Assembly: GCA_013239625.1 (NCBI GenBank)
Contig: MU053994.1
Location: 995,775 to 1,059,774 of the forward strand
Length of the DNA: 64,000 nucleotides
Direction of reading: 5' to 3'
Source of the DNA: Lama guanicoe
Lineage: Eukaryota
This document shows positions 50,626-62,800 of the stretch, in pieces (position 1 is the first letter of the stretch; every line of letters starts with the position of its first letter). The notes under the pieces are model-generated. The model saw only the letters and a program-made list of their open reading frames with translations. It searched no databases and was not told the origin of the DNA. A program made the translations under genes and the position numbers.

Positions 50626-50700
50626 TATGCCATGTTCCTGTCCCTCGTGTTCCTGGCTGAGCTCGTTGCTGGCATTTCAGGGTTTGTGTTTCGTCATGAG
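50626..50700 (+). CDS. TSPAN7: Tetraspanin-7 coding exon 3 (75 nt; YAMFLSLVFLAELVAGISGFVFRHE: TM3)
   Basis: Acceptor ctttgcag ending 50625; donor GAG|gtgagt; typical tetraspanin TM3 with polar Glu; in frame with exon 2. Confidence 0.97.
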
Positions 50701-52385
50701 GTGAGTATCGGCCAAGTGGAGAACTCAATTAAGGGTCTTTGGGAGGAGGATTTTGGAAACCTCAGGGAACGTGTAAGGGGTGTGTAGAGGCTCGCTGGCA
50801 TCTCCAGTGGTGTCGCTAGTTTCCAGATGCCATGTACTGGGAGTGGAAATTCCAATGCAATTCTAAACGCACGAATTTCGCCAAACCTGAAATCTTGCTT
50901 GTTAATCGTTATCTCTATTTCTTTACATAGCTGTGGCATAAAAGGGTTCTCCACCTTGTTTTAAAAGTGACCTTCCATATAGATGAAATACTTTTAAAAC
51001 AGCTGCTTCCGCAAGGCACGAGTGTGTGTCCATATAACAGGGTTTCTCAGGCGGCAAGGGCAAGCCCTACTCGTCGTTCGCCAAAGGCAAAGTGCTCGAT
51101 TTCCCCAAAGCAGCCTGTGCTCTCCTCCCCAGAGCCCTGCCGGGCGCCCCCTGCCGCCTGGGGTAAGATCCACACCCCAGTGGTCAGGAGCCCAGCTGCT
51201 TTGCTTGGTGGGGAGGGAAAAGGAGAGAAGACTTCACGATCTAAAACCCCTACAGCTGCGCTTTGTTTTCATCTGACATGTAACATTTTATAGATTTCTA
51301 CAGCTGGAGGAAAATAGTTTTGAATCTTTTGTGCTCCTGCTAGTTTCAAGGACACCACTGCTGTCTTGTGTGGCCATCCTTCCATGTATGGTACCCCAGG
51401 CTGCTCTATTTAGACAACATATAGATGCTAGCACGGAGCTGAGACATTCCTGGGCCGCCTGTAGCCGCTGCGGTATCACTTTTCAGATGTGCACATTGAT
51501 GATAGGTCAGAAGGTGTATACGCTACAATAAAGTTCTGGTTTTAACTCCCCTTCTCCCTCCAAAATTCATTATTATTCCCTGTAAATAACAGTAAAGATC
51601 GAAGCAGCCACATGTGTGTTGGAATGGGAAGAATCAGGAGACGGAGGTGGGAAGGATGGTGAGGTTGAGTGTCTGTGCAGCCCTGGAAAGTCTGGCCTCA
51701 CCTGTACTCGGGCTGTGCTTTTGTGCTTGGCCGGCTGAAGTTCCCAGTGAGCCTGCCTTCTGTGCTTCCTGCCCCCTCTCCCCATCACCCTGCTTTTCCC
51801 CTTTACCAGACATGGCCCCTCACATGCCAAGGCTGACTTCTAGAACCCATTTGATGTGAGCTCTGCATCTGCAAGTAGACCCCCCAATTCTGATTCTCAG
51901 CTGAGGTGACACCTGATGAAGCCATGGCCTCGACAGCCCTAGAGGTGCCTTCAGTGCCTGTGTGAAGCCCAGGCCTGGCCCGGCTCGCTCCCACCTTCCC
52001 CCCGTGTGTGCTGCTGGGACTGGGCCCCATGTTTGAGTTATCCCCGGTTAACCAATTCAAAGCAAATAACTAGAAAACCCAGGCCTGAGGGTGAGCATTC
52101 CACCATGACGGCCCCTTCTGAAAATGACCAGCCACTCCGTAGGTCATTAGGCAGGGTTCCTCTGGATTGGGGGTAGGGGGAAAGAATTCTTTTAAGCTCC
52201 TGAGCTGATAAATCCCTTGGTTAATTTCCTGAGCCCTTTTGTCTCTAGAAACAGGGCATTTCCTCCCTGGCCTACATTTATTCAGAGACTTTCAGGAGAG
52301 GCTATTTTGGGGCGGAAGTTGGGATGAATCTGAGTCCATCTGGGCCGCAGTGGACCAGAGCCACGTTCCTCCTTGTCTTCCCTAG

Positions 52386-52481
52386 ATCAAGGACACCTTC
52401 CTGAGGACCTACACGGACGCCATGCAGAATTACAAGGGCAACGACGAGAGGAGCCGGGCGGTGGACCACGTGCAGCGCAGT
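52386..52481 (+). CDS. TSPAN7: Tetraspanin-7 coding exon 4 (96 nt; IKDTFLRTYTDAMQNYKGNDERSRAVDHVQRS: helices A/B of the large extracellular loop)
   Basis: Acceptor ttccctag ending 52385; donor AGT|gtaagt; in frame. Confidence 0.97.
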
Positions 52482-53260
52482 GTAAGTCCCAGGGAAGGAA
52501 ATGGGGCTGCCGGCTGCCCACAGGGTCTGGCCTTGGACTTGTGGGCTGTCCGTGACGTTGGACCAGCAGCGTTAGCTCTTGATCCCCATTCTCCACCTCT
52601 TGATCCAGATCCCTTACCAAGAGTAGACATCCAGTACTTATTCAGGGTCTAATGATCCAGGTAATTAGCGTCAAAGAGGACAACTCCCTCTGGTTTGCTT
52701 TTCCTTGGTAAGGATGTGAGCATCCCAGGGAGAGCTAGTTTGCCCTTAAAATCCAAAACCTTGACAAGGAGGTAGGCAGTGAGTGTAGGACAGCCCTACT
52801 TTGAGTTGGCTCCCTAAGGCCGGCATTCTGGAGATGGTGTCTTTAGGCTGGGTGGAGAGCCCAGCTGAGCTGCTTCCACGGGCTTGGGTGGGGCAGTGGG
52901 TGTGGAGAGCGGATCTAGGAGCGACTGAGGATGTTTCAGGTGTGTGAATGGCTGGGCTGCCTGGTGCTTCGCGGAGGATATGAGGAAAGTCAATGTTTCC
53001 TGCCTGGTGGTACTCAAGCCCAACGGCCCATCAGGATCAACTAGAGAGGTTTTGGGTTGAGGGCTGTCTTGTATTGTTTTAGTTTTGGTTTTACTTCAGA
53101 AGCAGTATTCTGATTTTTATGAGGGTTTTTTTTGTAACTTATGTTGATAAAATTTCCAACTTACACAGAAAAATTGCAAGAGTCCAAGGAGCTGTACACC
53201 TTTTACCCAGATTTGCCAAATAATTATGTTTTGCCTCATTGGCTTTAACACCCTCTATGT

Positions 53261-53455
53261 CAGCAGTTGGCACACCTTTGCTGTAAAGGGTCAAATAGCA
53301 GCTCTTTTAGGCTGTGAAGGCTAGGCATTCTCTGTCCCAGCTACCCAGCTCTGCTGTTGTGGCACAAAAGCCACCCTAGGCGACACGGAACGCATAGGCA
53401 TGGATGTGTCCCTGTGAAACTTGATTTACAAGATCAGCTAGCTTACCAGCCCCAG
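53261..53455 (+). mobile_element. MER58A-like element, adjacent to an old minus-strand L1M fragment (53130-53255)
   Basis: ctgtaaagggtcaaatag ... cagctacccagctctgctgttgtggcacaaaagc ... aaacttgatttacaa. Confidence 0.75.
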
Positions 53456-53912
53456 CTCTCTTCCTCCGTGTGCACCTTTTGTTCCCCCCTAAACCATTTA
53501 TGTACGAATTAGGATAGATTCCGTAGTGAGCTTTTTAAAACCCATTTTGCCTCGGTTCCCCATCGACAGCCCCGATTTGGTTGAGCTGCACCTGCCTCTT
53601 TAACGGCATCCAATCACACAGGTGATTTTGCTGCGTAGCCGGGCCCAGCACACCTGCTTTGCTTTGCGGCGGTGCTAAGGGAACCAATGAGCGTTGTGAT
53701 CTAGAACTCATTTCCTCCGCTGAGTTCAAGCGGGCTTTCCAGCGCGCAGAACTGTTAGTGGAGCTTCAGCTCATCCTGACGCACCAGGGCTGCGCCTGTT
53801 GGCTTAGGGGCTTGGCCCGTGCTTTCGTTTTAGAAGTCGCAGGGCGGTGAGTGTGCAGAGCACCATGCCTCTGCTCTGCCGCACTTGAGTCTTTTCCCTT
53901 CCCTGCTAACAG

Positions 53913-54068
53913 CTGAGCTGCTGTGGCGTGCAGAACTACACCAACTGGAGCACCAGCCCCTACTTCCTGGAACACGGCATCCCCCCGAGCTGCTGCATGA
54001 ACGACACCGACTGTAACCCCCAGGATCTGCACAACCTGACCGTGGCCGCCACTAAAGTTAACCAGAAG
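53913..54068 (+). CDS. TSPAN7: Tetraspanin-7 coding exon 5 (156 nt; LSCCGVQNYTNWSTSPYFLEHGIPPSCCMNDTDCNPQDLHNLTVAATKVNQK: variable region of the large loop)
   Basis: Acceptor ctaacag ending 53912; donor AAG|gtactt; CCG and PxSCC tetraspanin motifs; four N-x-S/T sequons (NYT, NWS, NDT, NLT). Confidence 0.97.
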
Positions 54069-55430
54069 GTACTTGCTTCCCCCGCCCCCAGCCCTGATGG
54101 GATCAGTAGTGAATGTTTGGGGAGGGCTTTTTGGCCTCTGGGAAATTCTGACGAATAGGTTAGAAATGGGAGTCTTGGAGAGAGTCAAGAATCTTCCTTT
54201 GTGGTTCTTGATTGCCCAGCAGAGGCGCTCAAGGCCGCGCACGCCTGGAAGAGAGAGCCGTGACTCAGCTCGGCCTCGCGTCCCTCTCCCTCAGCCAGAC
54301 CCTACGAGGCATAGTTCGGAAGGTTTAGCAAGTGGTTCCTGTTAGCTCTGATGCTGATGTCAGGGAATGGTGCCTTTCTTCTTTCTGGACGTCCTTCTTC
54401 CGCTTAACATACTTTTGAAACATGAAATTGTTCCCAGCTGGGCGCCAGTCCTCAGCGGGAAGAGGGAGTTGAGTTGGCAGGCGGCATCTGCTCCTGCAAA
54501 GAGGGTGGCCTTTATCTTGGGGAGTTCAGTGCTGTAGGAAAAGAAAATCAACAACTTCAGCTCAACACACTGTCAATATCCTGACTCCCAGAGAAATTAG
54601 AGGGGAAAAAAAAACTGGCTAAAAGAAATTGGAAAGTTAGTACATAGTAGACGTTTGGGAAATGAAATTTAAGTAGTCAGAGAAAAGGAAAATCAATTCT
54701 GTAATCTGCTCTGCAGAGAACATGGTGAAGACATGGCCCAGCTGTGCGCAAAGGCTATCTATGCTCTTAGACACGTAGAGAAATGCCAGTAGAAAATATG
54801 TTCTGGTGAAACAAAAGGAACAGGGAAAAGCCTACTGTTGAGTTTACCTGTGGTTATGCAGCCATCAGATTAATTTTACTTTCTCACTAAGGTAAAGTTC
54901 TAGTTTTCTAAGGTCTTTAAAATCCTATAGGATCTCAGCCAACAACTGACTAATTCAGAGAAGATAACATCTTTTCAAGATTAGAATGTTAAGAGATAGT
55001 TTCTATATTTTACCCATTTAATTTTGGTGTCGATGGCAGAACTGCTGCGAGGCACTGTCGCCAGTCTAGGAGCTCGTTTTGTCACTTGGGGCGTGTTACT
55101 TGGCTATGGGCGTGGTGAGACAGGATGTTCAGTGCTGACAGCTTCTTAGCTAAGAGGCCATCTGTTCTGACTGGCATTTTCCTGTGAACTCAAAGTGCGA
55201 GGCCTCCTTCGCTTCTCATCAGTAAGGTGACTTCTGGTTTCTTCATGGGCCTCCCTGCTGAGCACCCATGTGTGTCATTATGCCGCCACTTGATGAAGTG
55301 CTGAGCAGACGTAGCACTCGGTGGATGCTCCAATGTATAGAAGGCAAGACGTGCTTTACAGCAGTGAGATATGGGCACAGCTCAGCCTCCGGAGGTCCTT
55401 TGTAGAAGCAGCAATCATGAACCTTGATAT

Positions 55431-55454
55431 GTTTTTGTTTTTGTTTTTGTTTTT
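55431..55454. repeat. (GTTTTT)4 microsatellite
   Basis: Directly visible. Confidence 0.85.
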
Positions 55455-55494
55455 AATTTCACCCAGACTTCCTCTTCTTTTGTGAAATTTGAGG

Positions 55495-55715
55495 GCCTAG
55501 AAGTCAGGACCACAGACTCCAGTTTAAATTTTGGCTCAGCCACTTGCTGGTTGTGTGATCAAGTTACTTAACCTTCTCAGCCTTGTGTTTCTCATATGTA
55601 AAATAGAGGTAATAATCTTGCCCCTTAGGATAGATACGAGGATTGAATGAGATAAAATATCTAAAGCACAGTGCACAGCACAGAGTAGGGACAAGATGCA
55701 TGTTAACTATGATGT
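55495..55715 (+). mobile_element. MIR SINE
   Basis: ggctcagccacttgctggttgtgtgatc ... tttctcatatgtaaaatagaggtaataat ... aaagcacagtgcacagca. Confidence 0.85.
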
Positions 55716-57147
55716 TCAATGTTAGCTGTAGTGTGACTGTCTCCCACTACCCCACACTCAGTCTTTTGTTAGAAATGATGCAGCAGGTCCTTGTAGGGAG
55801 GATCTTTTCTTTGTTTTCATTTCTATCATCCTTTCAGCGATTTCCAGAAAGAAATCATCTCACTGGTAACCTACAAACTGGTCTCCCTCCCCACACACAC
55901 ACCCCCCGCCACCGAATCCTACTTTATATCTTCCTGGGTACCTCACATACCTCAAAGAGGTACGTAACTTCTCTCTTACTTCCCTTAGACACTCCACCCT
56001 GGCTCCCTCAGTGGAGAAAAAGTGAATGAAAACAAATCTGTCTACTCAGTTTCATTAGATATTCTCAGTTAATGCCCACCTGAACTTCTCAGATGAATTA
56101 CTTCCCGGGCCTAAGTCTCAGACACACCTCTCATCTTTAAAAGGTAGGAGATGCGGATGGGGTGGAGGTTGTAGTATCAGGTGCTCGTGAAGGTTAGCCT
56201 CCCCCAGGAGGCTTAACGACTGCCTCATTCTAGTTATGCGGGATCCTGTTACATAGAATAAGTAGATTCTAAATCTCTGTAGATCTCTTGGTGTCTTGAA
56301 CACCATAGGGTCCACAGAAAGGGGAATCTTGGCTCTTACCTGGCAGCCTGAGAAACCTACCTTGTACAGATAACTGGGAGAAAGGAGGAAGGAGGCGAGA
56401 ACGGTTAAGCAGGATATTTGTTGTTTGGGGGACACCACTGATTTTGGTTTTGCTAAGCAGGATGCTGAAATGTCTGCAGGTTCAGTTAACTCATAGCTGA
56501 GCCCGTACTCCCTAGGAATTCCTTGACTTTTTTTTTTTTTTTAAGATCAAGGGCAAGAGGAAGAGAGGGAGTTATTCTACTTGGCAGATCCTGAGATACC
56601 TCTTCCCAGAACCTGTCTGGGACTAGCCGTCTGCTCCTGCTATTGCAAGTCTGCCACTTCCAGGTGTTTTCCATTGGAGGCCGTGTTGATTTAGACTTGC
56701 TGAGAGGGCGAGCAAATTACCTGTTCTGTTTCTGGGTGTTTCCTAGGACATTTAGCAGTTCTCTCTGTAGATTTATCTCACACCTGACAACCAGGCTTTC
56801 ATTTTAGGAAATTAAAAGAGATTGTTGTGGGCAGATAAGATTGTGGTTTCAGGGAGAATTTCGGGTGGAATGCAAACATGGACTGGGCTTGTAGGATCAA
56901 AGTAGTTGTGGTAGTCTGCGGAGCTAGGCTGAGACCTGGAAAATGGGCTCGTGGGCCCCTGGAGCAAAAAACAGAGAAAAGGCTAGAGATGGAAGATGTT
57001 TATTTCAACCTTGGTCTTCGATCGTTGGAACAACCACGAAGAAGTGAAATCAGTTCATCTTCTCATCTTAAGTAACTCTCTGACTGATGCAATTCATTAA
57101 TTTGCTTTCTGTTTACAGTGAAGAATAGTGGGGGAACTGTTGTTATC

Positions 57148-57382
57148 CAGGAGTGTGCTTCTCAGACTTTAATGCACACATGAAACTTCTCGAGCTATTG
57201 TTAACGTTCATTAAAACTCATTAAAAATGAATAACCCCAGAATTTGGCAGATTCTGATGCGGTGGGTCTGGAGGGAGGCCTCAGATTCTGCATTGCTAAC
57301 CAAATCCCCCGTGATGCTATTGCTGCTCATTAAAAACAAACAAACAACAACAACAAAACCACCCGCTTTGAAGAACAAGGTG
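57148..57382. mobile_element. MER5-like element
   Basis: gtgcttctcagactttaatgcaca ... gcagattctgat ... ggtgggtctgg ... gattctgcattgctaac. Confidence 0.75.
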
Positions 57383-58854
57383 TAGAGAGAACGGTTTGGC
57401 CACAGTTGTACTCATGCCAGGCCCTTACTTCATTTTACTGATTCCCCTTCCTGGTTGGAGTGGGCTGATCAAAAATAATGTGACTGACTCTGAAATCTCC
57501 CACAGTGGAGTGGAAGTCATACCTTAGAAAAACATATTCACTTTATGGGTAGAATTAAAGTTCACAGCAGAAACAAATAAACAAAAACACCTATTGCAAA
57601 CTATTTCCCAGAGTAAGAGAACAGCCCACTTCACTTCTCTCGGGTTTTTATTACTGGATTTGTGTTTCCATATTTTGAGCGGACCTAACACCGCTGGTGA
57701 TCTCAAGTGCATTCCCCTGCCCGACTGTCACTGCAGGGAGGAGACACCCCAATGAAAGATGACCAGCACAGAGAGAAGCTATCTTAGCCACTACCATTTG
57801 GGAAAGTGCTGGAATATCCACCTCTCTTCTTGCTTTGACTTCTTCCTAACCTGAACTGACCTCCTTTCTACTACCTTTTGGAAAATCATGTGATATACAG
57901 TTTCACTATTAAAATGAAGTCAGCTTGCCAGCTTCTCCTAAAAGAGAGAATCGAATTTCAAAACTTCCCATGAGCAATAACGTATTTCCTTTCCCACCCC
58001 TGCCCTGGCCTTCACATTTGCATCACATAACCAAGGAGTATAGTCTGTCCATTGCATTGAAAACATGTGTCAAAGCACTGCTGCTAAGTTAATGCATCTC
58101 TTTTAATTTGCCAACAGACTGCATAAAACATCGCTTATTAAAAGATACAGCATTGGCAGCATTTTCAGAAGCTCTATGAGACATGTTAAATTGTTAAATT
58201 TTGAATTTAAAAATGGAAGATGTTCTTTGTTCTCATTCTTCAGATGTTATTACGATTTAGTGGGCCTTTCTTGATAAACAACAATTTCCTTTACCCTGTT
58301 AATGCAGTCAACGCCTTGATTTTTCACAGACTTTATACGTTCAAGCTGAAGCCCTTTTCCAGAAAACTGGAAAAAAAAAAAACACGTCTTCCAAGGCTAA
58401 ATAGAAGTCTAGGTTGATTTGGCCCAGTTCCAAATAAGTATAATATAAAACCCTCACACATGTGTGCGAGCGCACGCGCACACATACACACTCACTAATT
58501 CCCACTGTTTGAGCTGTCAGACAAGGAAGTGTCCGCTTTTGCCTTTGTGTTATGAGTAACGTACATTATTTGGTGTCCTACCTGGGCCAGGCTGACAACA
58601 TGTAATCCAGAGTAACAGCAACAAAACTTACTTGGCAGCATTGCTGAACTCCAACCAGACCATTTATTTTAAAGAAACCGAACTCTAGCGTAAGGTAAGC
58701 TAGTTCCAGCTGAGTTAGAAGATTGTAGTTGACATATCTTGGGATTCCTTGATGGGTGTCGAGGATTTGTGATGTGGGCCAAGCCACTAGGGTGGCCTCT
58801 GTTTCATGAGTCCTGGTACATAAATTGACTTTTATCAGTATCCGTAGGGACCTG

Positions 58855-58939
58855 TTTTTTTTTTTTTAAATGGAGGTACTGGGGATTGAACTCAGGATCT
58901 TGTGCATGCTAAGCATGTGCTCTGCCACTGAGCTATATC
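58855..58939 (-). mobile_element. tRNA-derived SINE, short Vic-1-like form
   Basis: Poly(T), then tggaggtactggggattgaactcaggatcttgtgcatgctaagcatgtgctctgccactgagctata; no TSD evident. Confidence 0.88.
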
Positions 58940-59429
58940 AATTTTAAACTAATATTGAAATTGGTAAAATTGGTATTGGTTTTAGTCACAACATTTGGAG
59001 TTTCATAGTATGTTAAAGGGAAACTCACTTCTTTTTATGAATGAGGTTATTGACATCTAGAGAGAGAGGAAGTGACTTGTTCAAGGTCATATAGTAAGTT
59101 TGTGGAAAAGATGACTCCAGAACATAGGTTTTTTCCCTGCTTAAAAAAACAAAAACAAAAACACAAAAAACTTAATGGTCTCCATAGGAAGAAGCCTAAA
59201 ATGCCATAAAGTTGGCAGGTATTCAAACACCTCTTTCTAACCAGATGATTTCACTTTATTTATCTAAGGTTTTGTCATTTGTTGTCAAAAGGCTCGTAGC
59301 TATGTTTATGATGCTGGGTTTTCCTGTTCGAGGATGTGGAATGCCTTTTCATCTGTCCAAGTCTACTTCTGTATCCCTACTGTGTTCACTGCATAGATCT
59401 TACAGACTTCTTGCTAAATTTAATCCCAC

Positions 59430-59622
59430 TATGGAAACATTTGCAGATGAAAGTGTATGTCTGAGACTTGCTTTAAAATAATCCAGCCGGGGGGGATGAG
59501 TGTTGAAGAGATTTCAACAAAACAAGATTGGCCACATGTTAATTGTGATGTTAGAGGAAGGGTCAGTTGGGGGTTCATTGTACTACTCTCTACACCTTTT
59601 GTATCTTTGAGATTTTTTCATT
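59430..59622 (+). mobile_element. Old L1M 3' end fragment
   Basis: atgtctgagacttgctttaaaataatccag ... aacaagattggcca ... gggggttcattgtactactctctacac. Confidence 0.75.
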
Positions 59623-59730
59623 CTGCTCGTGGAATGAAGGTTGGGGTGTATGTGGGAGTGTTACAGGGTAACACAGCCCCATCTGGCTTGGGTAAAACAT
59701 GTCTCTGAGACCGTCTCTCTCTGTTTTCAG

Positions 59731-59814
59731 GGTTGTTATGATCTGGTGACCAGTTTCATGGAGACCAACATGGGAATCATCGCTGGAGTGGCTTTTGGAA
59801 TCGCATTCTCCCAG
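59731..59814 (+). CDS. TSPAN7: Tetraspanin-7 coding exon 6 (84 nt; GCYDLVTSFMETNMGIIAGVAFGIAFSQ: last loop Cys and most of TM4)
   Basis: Acceptor gttttcag ending 59730; donor CAG|gtaagt; conserved GC motif before TM4. Confidence 0.97.
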
Positions 59815-62800
59815 GTAAGTTTGCGACCGGGTCCAGCTTTTCCTCTGTCTCTTGCTCTCATTTCTCTCCCTGGTCTCCAGAGTCCCTGGCGGCCCCGGGG
59901 AAGGGCTGATAGATGGGGTCAGAACTCCTTGCTCATTAGTCCTCAGGTCATCTGTTTATTGATTTTCCTTTTTCAACTTAAATGAAGTTTTGCCATCAAG
60001 GGAATATCGGTTACAGTTCAACTAATGACTAGCTCCAGAAAAACAACTTGCTTCTTCTGTAGGTCAAATGGAGGTTAGCTGCACAAAGTGCTGCCTTAAT
60101 TGGAGCATAAACAATGCCACGCATCAAATGGCTGATTTGGATTTGTGGGGCGCGGGGAGGCATTTTTCCTGGTTGATCTGCCCTTTTTTTGTTCTTAGTT
60201 CCTGTGGATTATGCATGAGATCGCTCGCTTTAAAGAAAGCCTAAATTTAGGAAATTTCATCTTACGATCATTATTTTAGCCTCTAGGTTTTAATTATTGT
60301 TTCTTAAGAGGAAACTGAATTTGTACATATCAGACTTTCTATCCCTTTATCTCCACCCAGCCTCTAAAAAAGAATGGGAGAAGTAATTATGCAAACTAAG
60401 CAAGCCACACATACTCTAGGGTGGAACATGATAAAGCTAAAGCTAAAAATTTGCCCCCCTCCACCAGGCCATGTATCGCCCCACAGGCTTCTGACCTCCC
60501 AGCCAAACGATGCGACCTTGCTGTACTATTGCTGTGGGTAGAAGGATCTGCATAGATATTGACCAACCAAATAAAAACCTGATTTATCTCTAACTCAGAT
60601 TTTTTTTCAGACCAAAAGATTACTTTTCCAGCAAAGCCCAATTACCATTATCCCCGTAATGTTTCCATGGCTCTGATTTTACCTGCCTGAAGTGTGTACT
60701 GGCCCTCCCAGACTATAATGACTCCCCCGCCGTCCCCTATTCTATGCCTCTTTCCTTCTTACCGAGCACTGCGGATGCAGTTGCATTTAATTCAAGTTTG
60801 TTCCTGAAACGTTTTTATTGAAATAACACATATACAGAAAAGGGCATACATTGTACGTATACTTATTAAATTATACACAAAACGAACATACCTGTGTCCT
60901 AACCATCTCTGAGATCAAGGAAGAGCACGTTAGCCTGGTAGTTTTTGCAAACAGGAGGCTTGGCCTTAGATAAGTCGAAAAACTTTTCTTCCCAAGCAGT
61001 CACAAAAACTTGTGTGACGGTTCATCTCACAAGGCCATGTGGACTCAGGCAGCACGAGGGTGTATTTCCTGTGGCAATTTCCAAGTCCTTTTACCATGCT
61101 TTGTTTTTTGTAGCTCATGAAGTGAATTAAACCCCACCCTTCCACAAACTAGAGTAGGTACCACAAATAGTGCCAATTAACTCAGTCTCCAAGACCTGTC
61201 AAAAGAAGTTGCAGCCCTGCACGTTCTCCGGGTTGCTGTCATATCTCAGTAATAGCACTTCAGTGACGTATCTTGGAGGAGGGACTATCGCCGAAGTCTC
61301 CCCTAATAGCTGCCTGGGAACCATAAAGGGACCTGCTGCTCTACTCTCCCTGGGGAGAAGAGAGCCTCAAAGAGCCTAGAATCTCATGGATGAAACATGT
61401 TATCATCCAAGAATATTTCCATGTGGCCGCGAGGGCTTGACAAGACAGTCCTACTCTCATGAATGGGATGAACCAAGCCGTCAAGAATCTCATTAATACC
61501 TCTCCCACTTCTCTCTCGCATCCCTACGAAGGGACTTTGGGGTAGACCGATGGTTATCTGGCCCGATGGGTGTTCATCTCTGTGCTGCCTTGAAGAAGTC
61601 CCTTGAAGAAAACGGGGCTTGCTGCATTTGCTCCGCGGCCCTCTGGGGCAGTGAGAGAGGGGCTTTGATCCCCCCCCGGGAAGCCCCAGACAGACCCTCT
61701 CTGCAGAGAGTTTATGTCTCACCAAGGTGAAGCAGTTGTCGGGATAAAAAAACAAAACCCAAAGCTCAATAGCATTGCAGAGTCAGTCCCATTCACCCCC
61801 GTGGGCAGTCCAGCGCCGTGGGGCAGGGACTTGAGCTCTGGCGTGCTCGGCTTGGGGCAGGGAGAGGACGGGCCACGGCTGGCTGTTAGTAGCAGTTCCT
61901 AGTGCCGGCGGCCTCCGAGGGCCTGGAAGCTGAAGCTGGCTTCCAGAAGCCAGTAGATCCAGGGCCTCTCTGGGACCATGGTGGCCACTTACCAGATGCC
62001 TGTTCAAGAAGAACCAGCCCCGCTGGTGCTGGTCACTGACCAGGAACCCAAGCTTTAGCCACGTGTGTTCAAAGACTTTCGGACAAGTATCATAGGAAAA
62101 CACAGCAATGGTTGCCTAATATTGAGAAATCCATCGTGTTGGCCTGTGTCTCAGCCTTCTTATAATAAAGCAGCCTCTGCTGAGCAGAGGCCGCAGGGAG
62201 GCCAAAGTGGGTAGGAAAGAACAGAGCTCACTCTCCCCCCTCCTCACCTGCCCTCCACCTTCTCTCTTCCCTTTTCCTCACCTGCTCTGTGATGTCCACG
62301 CGCTCCTCTGTTGGAAAAAACTGGCCTTGCTCATCCGTTGTCTTAGAAAGTAAAGGTGGTATGAGGTACAAGGAGAACTAAGCTGAGCCTAGCCTTTCAA
62401 CCACCTGTGCAAGAACTTTGTCCCGTTACCCGACTTAGTAACTTAAAGCTCTTGAGTTCTGTTTTTGGACGGAAGGGTCTGGGCAGGCGTTTAACACTTC
62501 TGTCCACAAAGTCCTGTTGCCTTTGCTGTCTCAAGGAAAAGCCCATTTGTCTGGACTTGATGGGCAGGCCCCCCTATAATTTTATAGCAGGTGGTTGAGT
62601 GTGTTTTGACAGCTTTGGCAGCTACTCTTTTATTTGAGAGGGCTTGGGGGAGGGGACACACACACACACTGAGAAAGATCAACGCCTTCCTCATCCCTAA
62701 AGTGACCTGGAAGCCAAGAGTCCAAGTCCGGACACTCGCATCGCTCAGTTTGTGGCACTGCCTCCCGCCTTGCTTGGCCTTCTGCTGTGGGTCTCCATAT

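Noticed and set aside
58455..58495. Alternating purine-pyrimidine tracts (also ~20840, ~40570, ~49555) as Z-DNA elements
   Set aside because: Short, interrupted CA/CG microsatellite remnants that are common in mammalian introns.
59815..59985. Open frame continuing from exon 6 into intron 6 (alternative C-terminus)
   Set aside because: Exon 6 has a consensus CAG|gtaagt donor, and a 56-codon open run is unremarkable.
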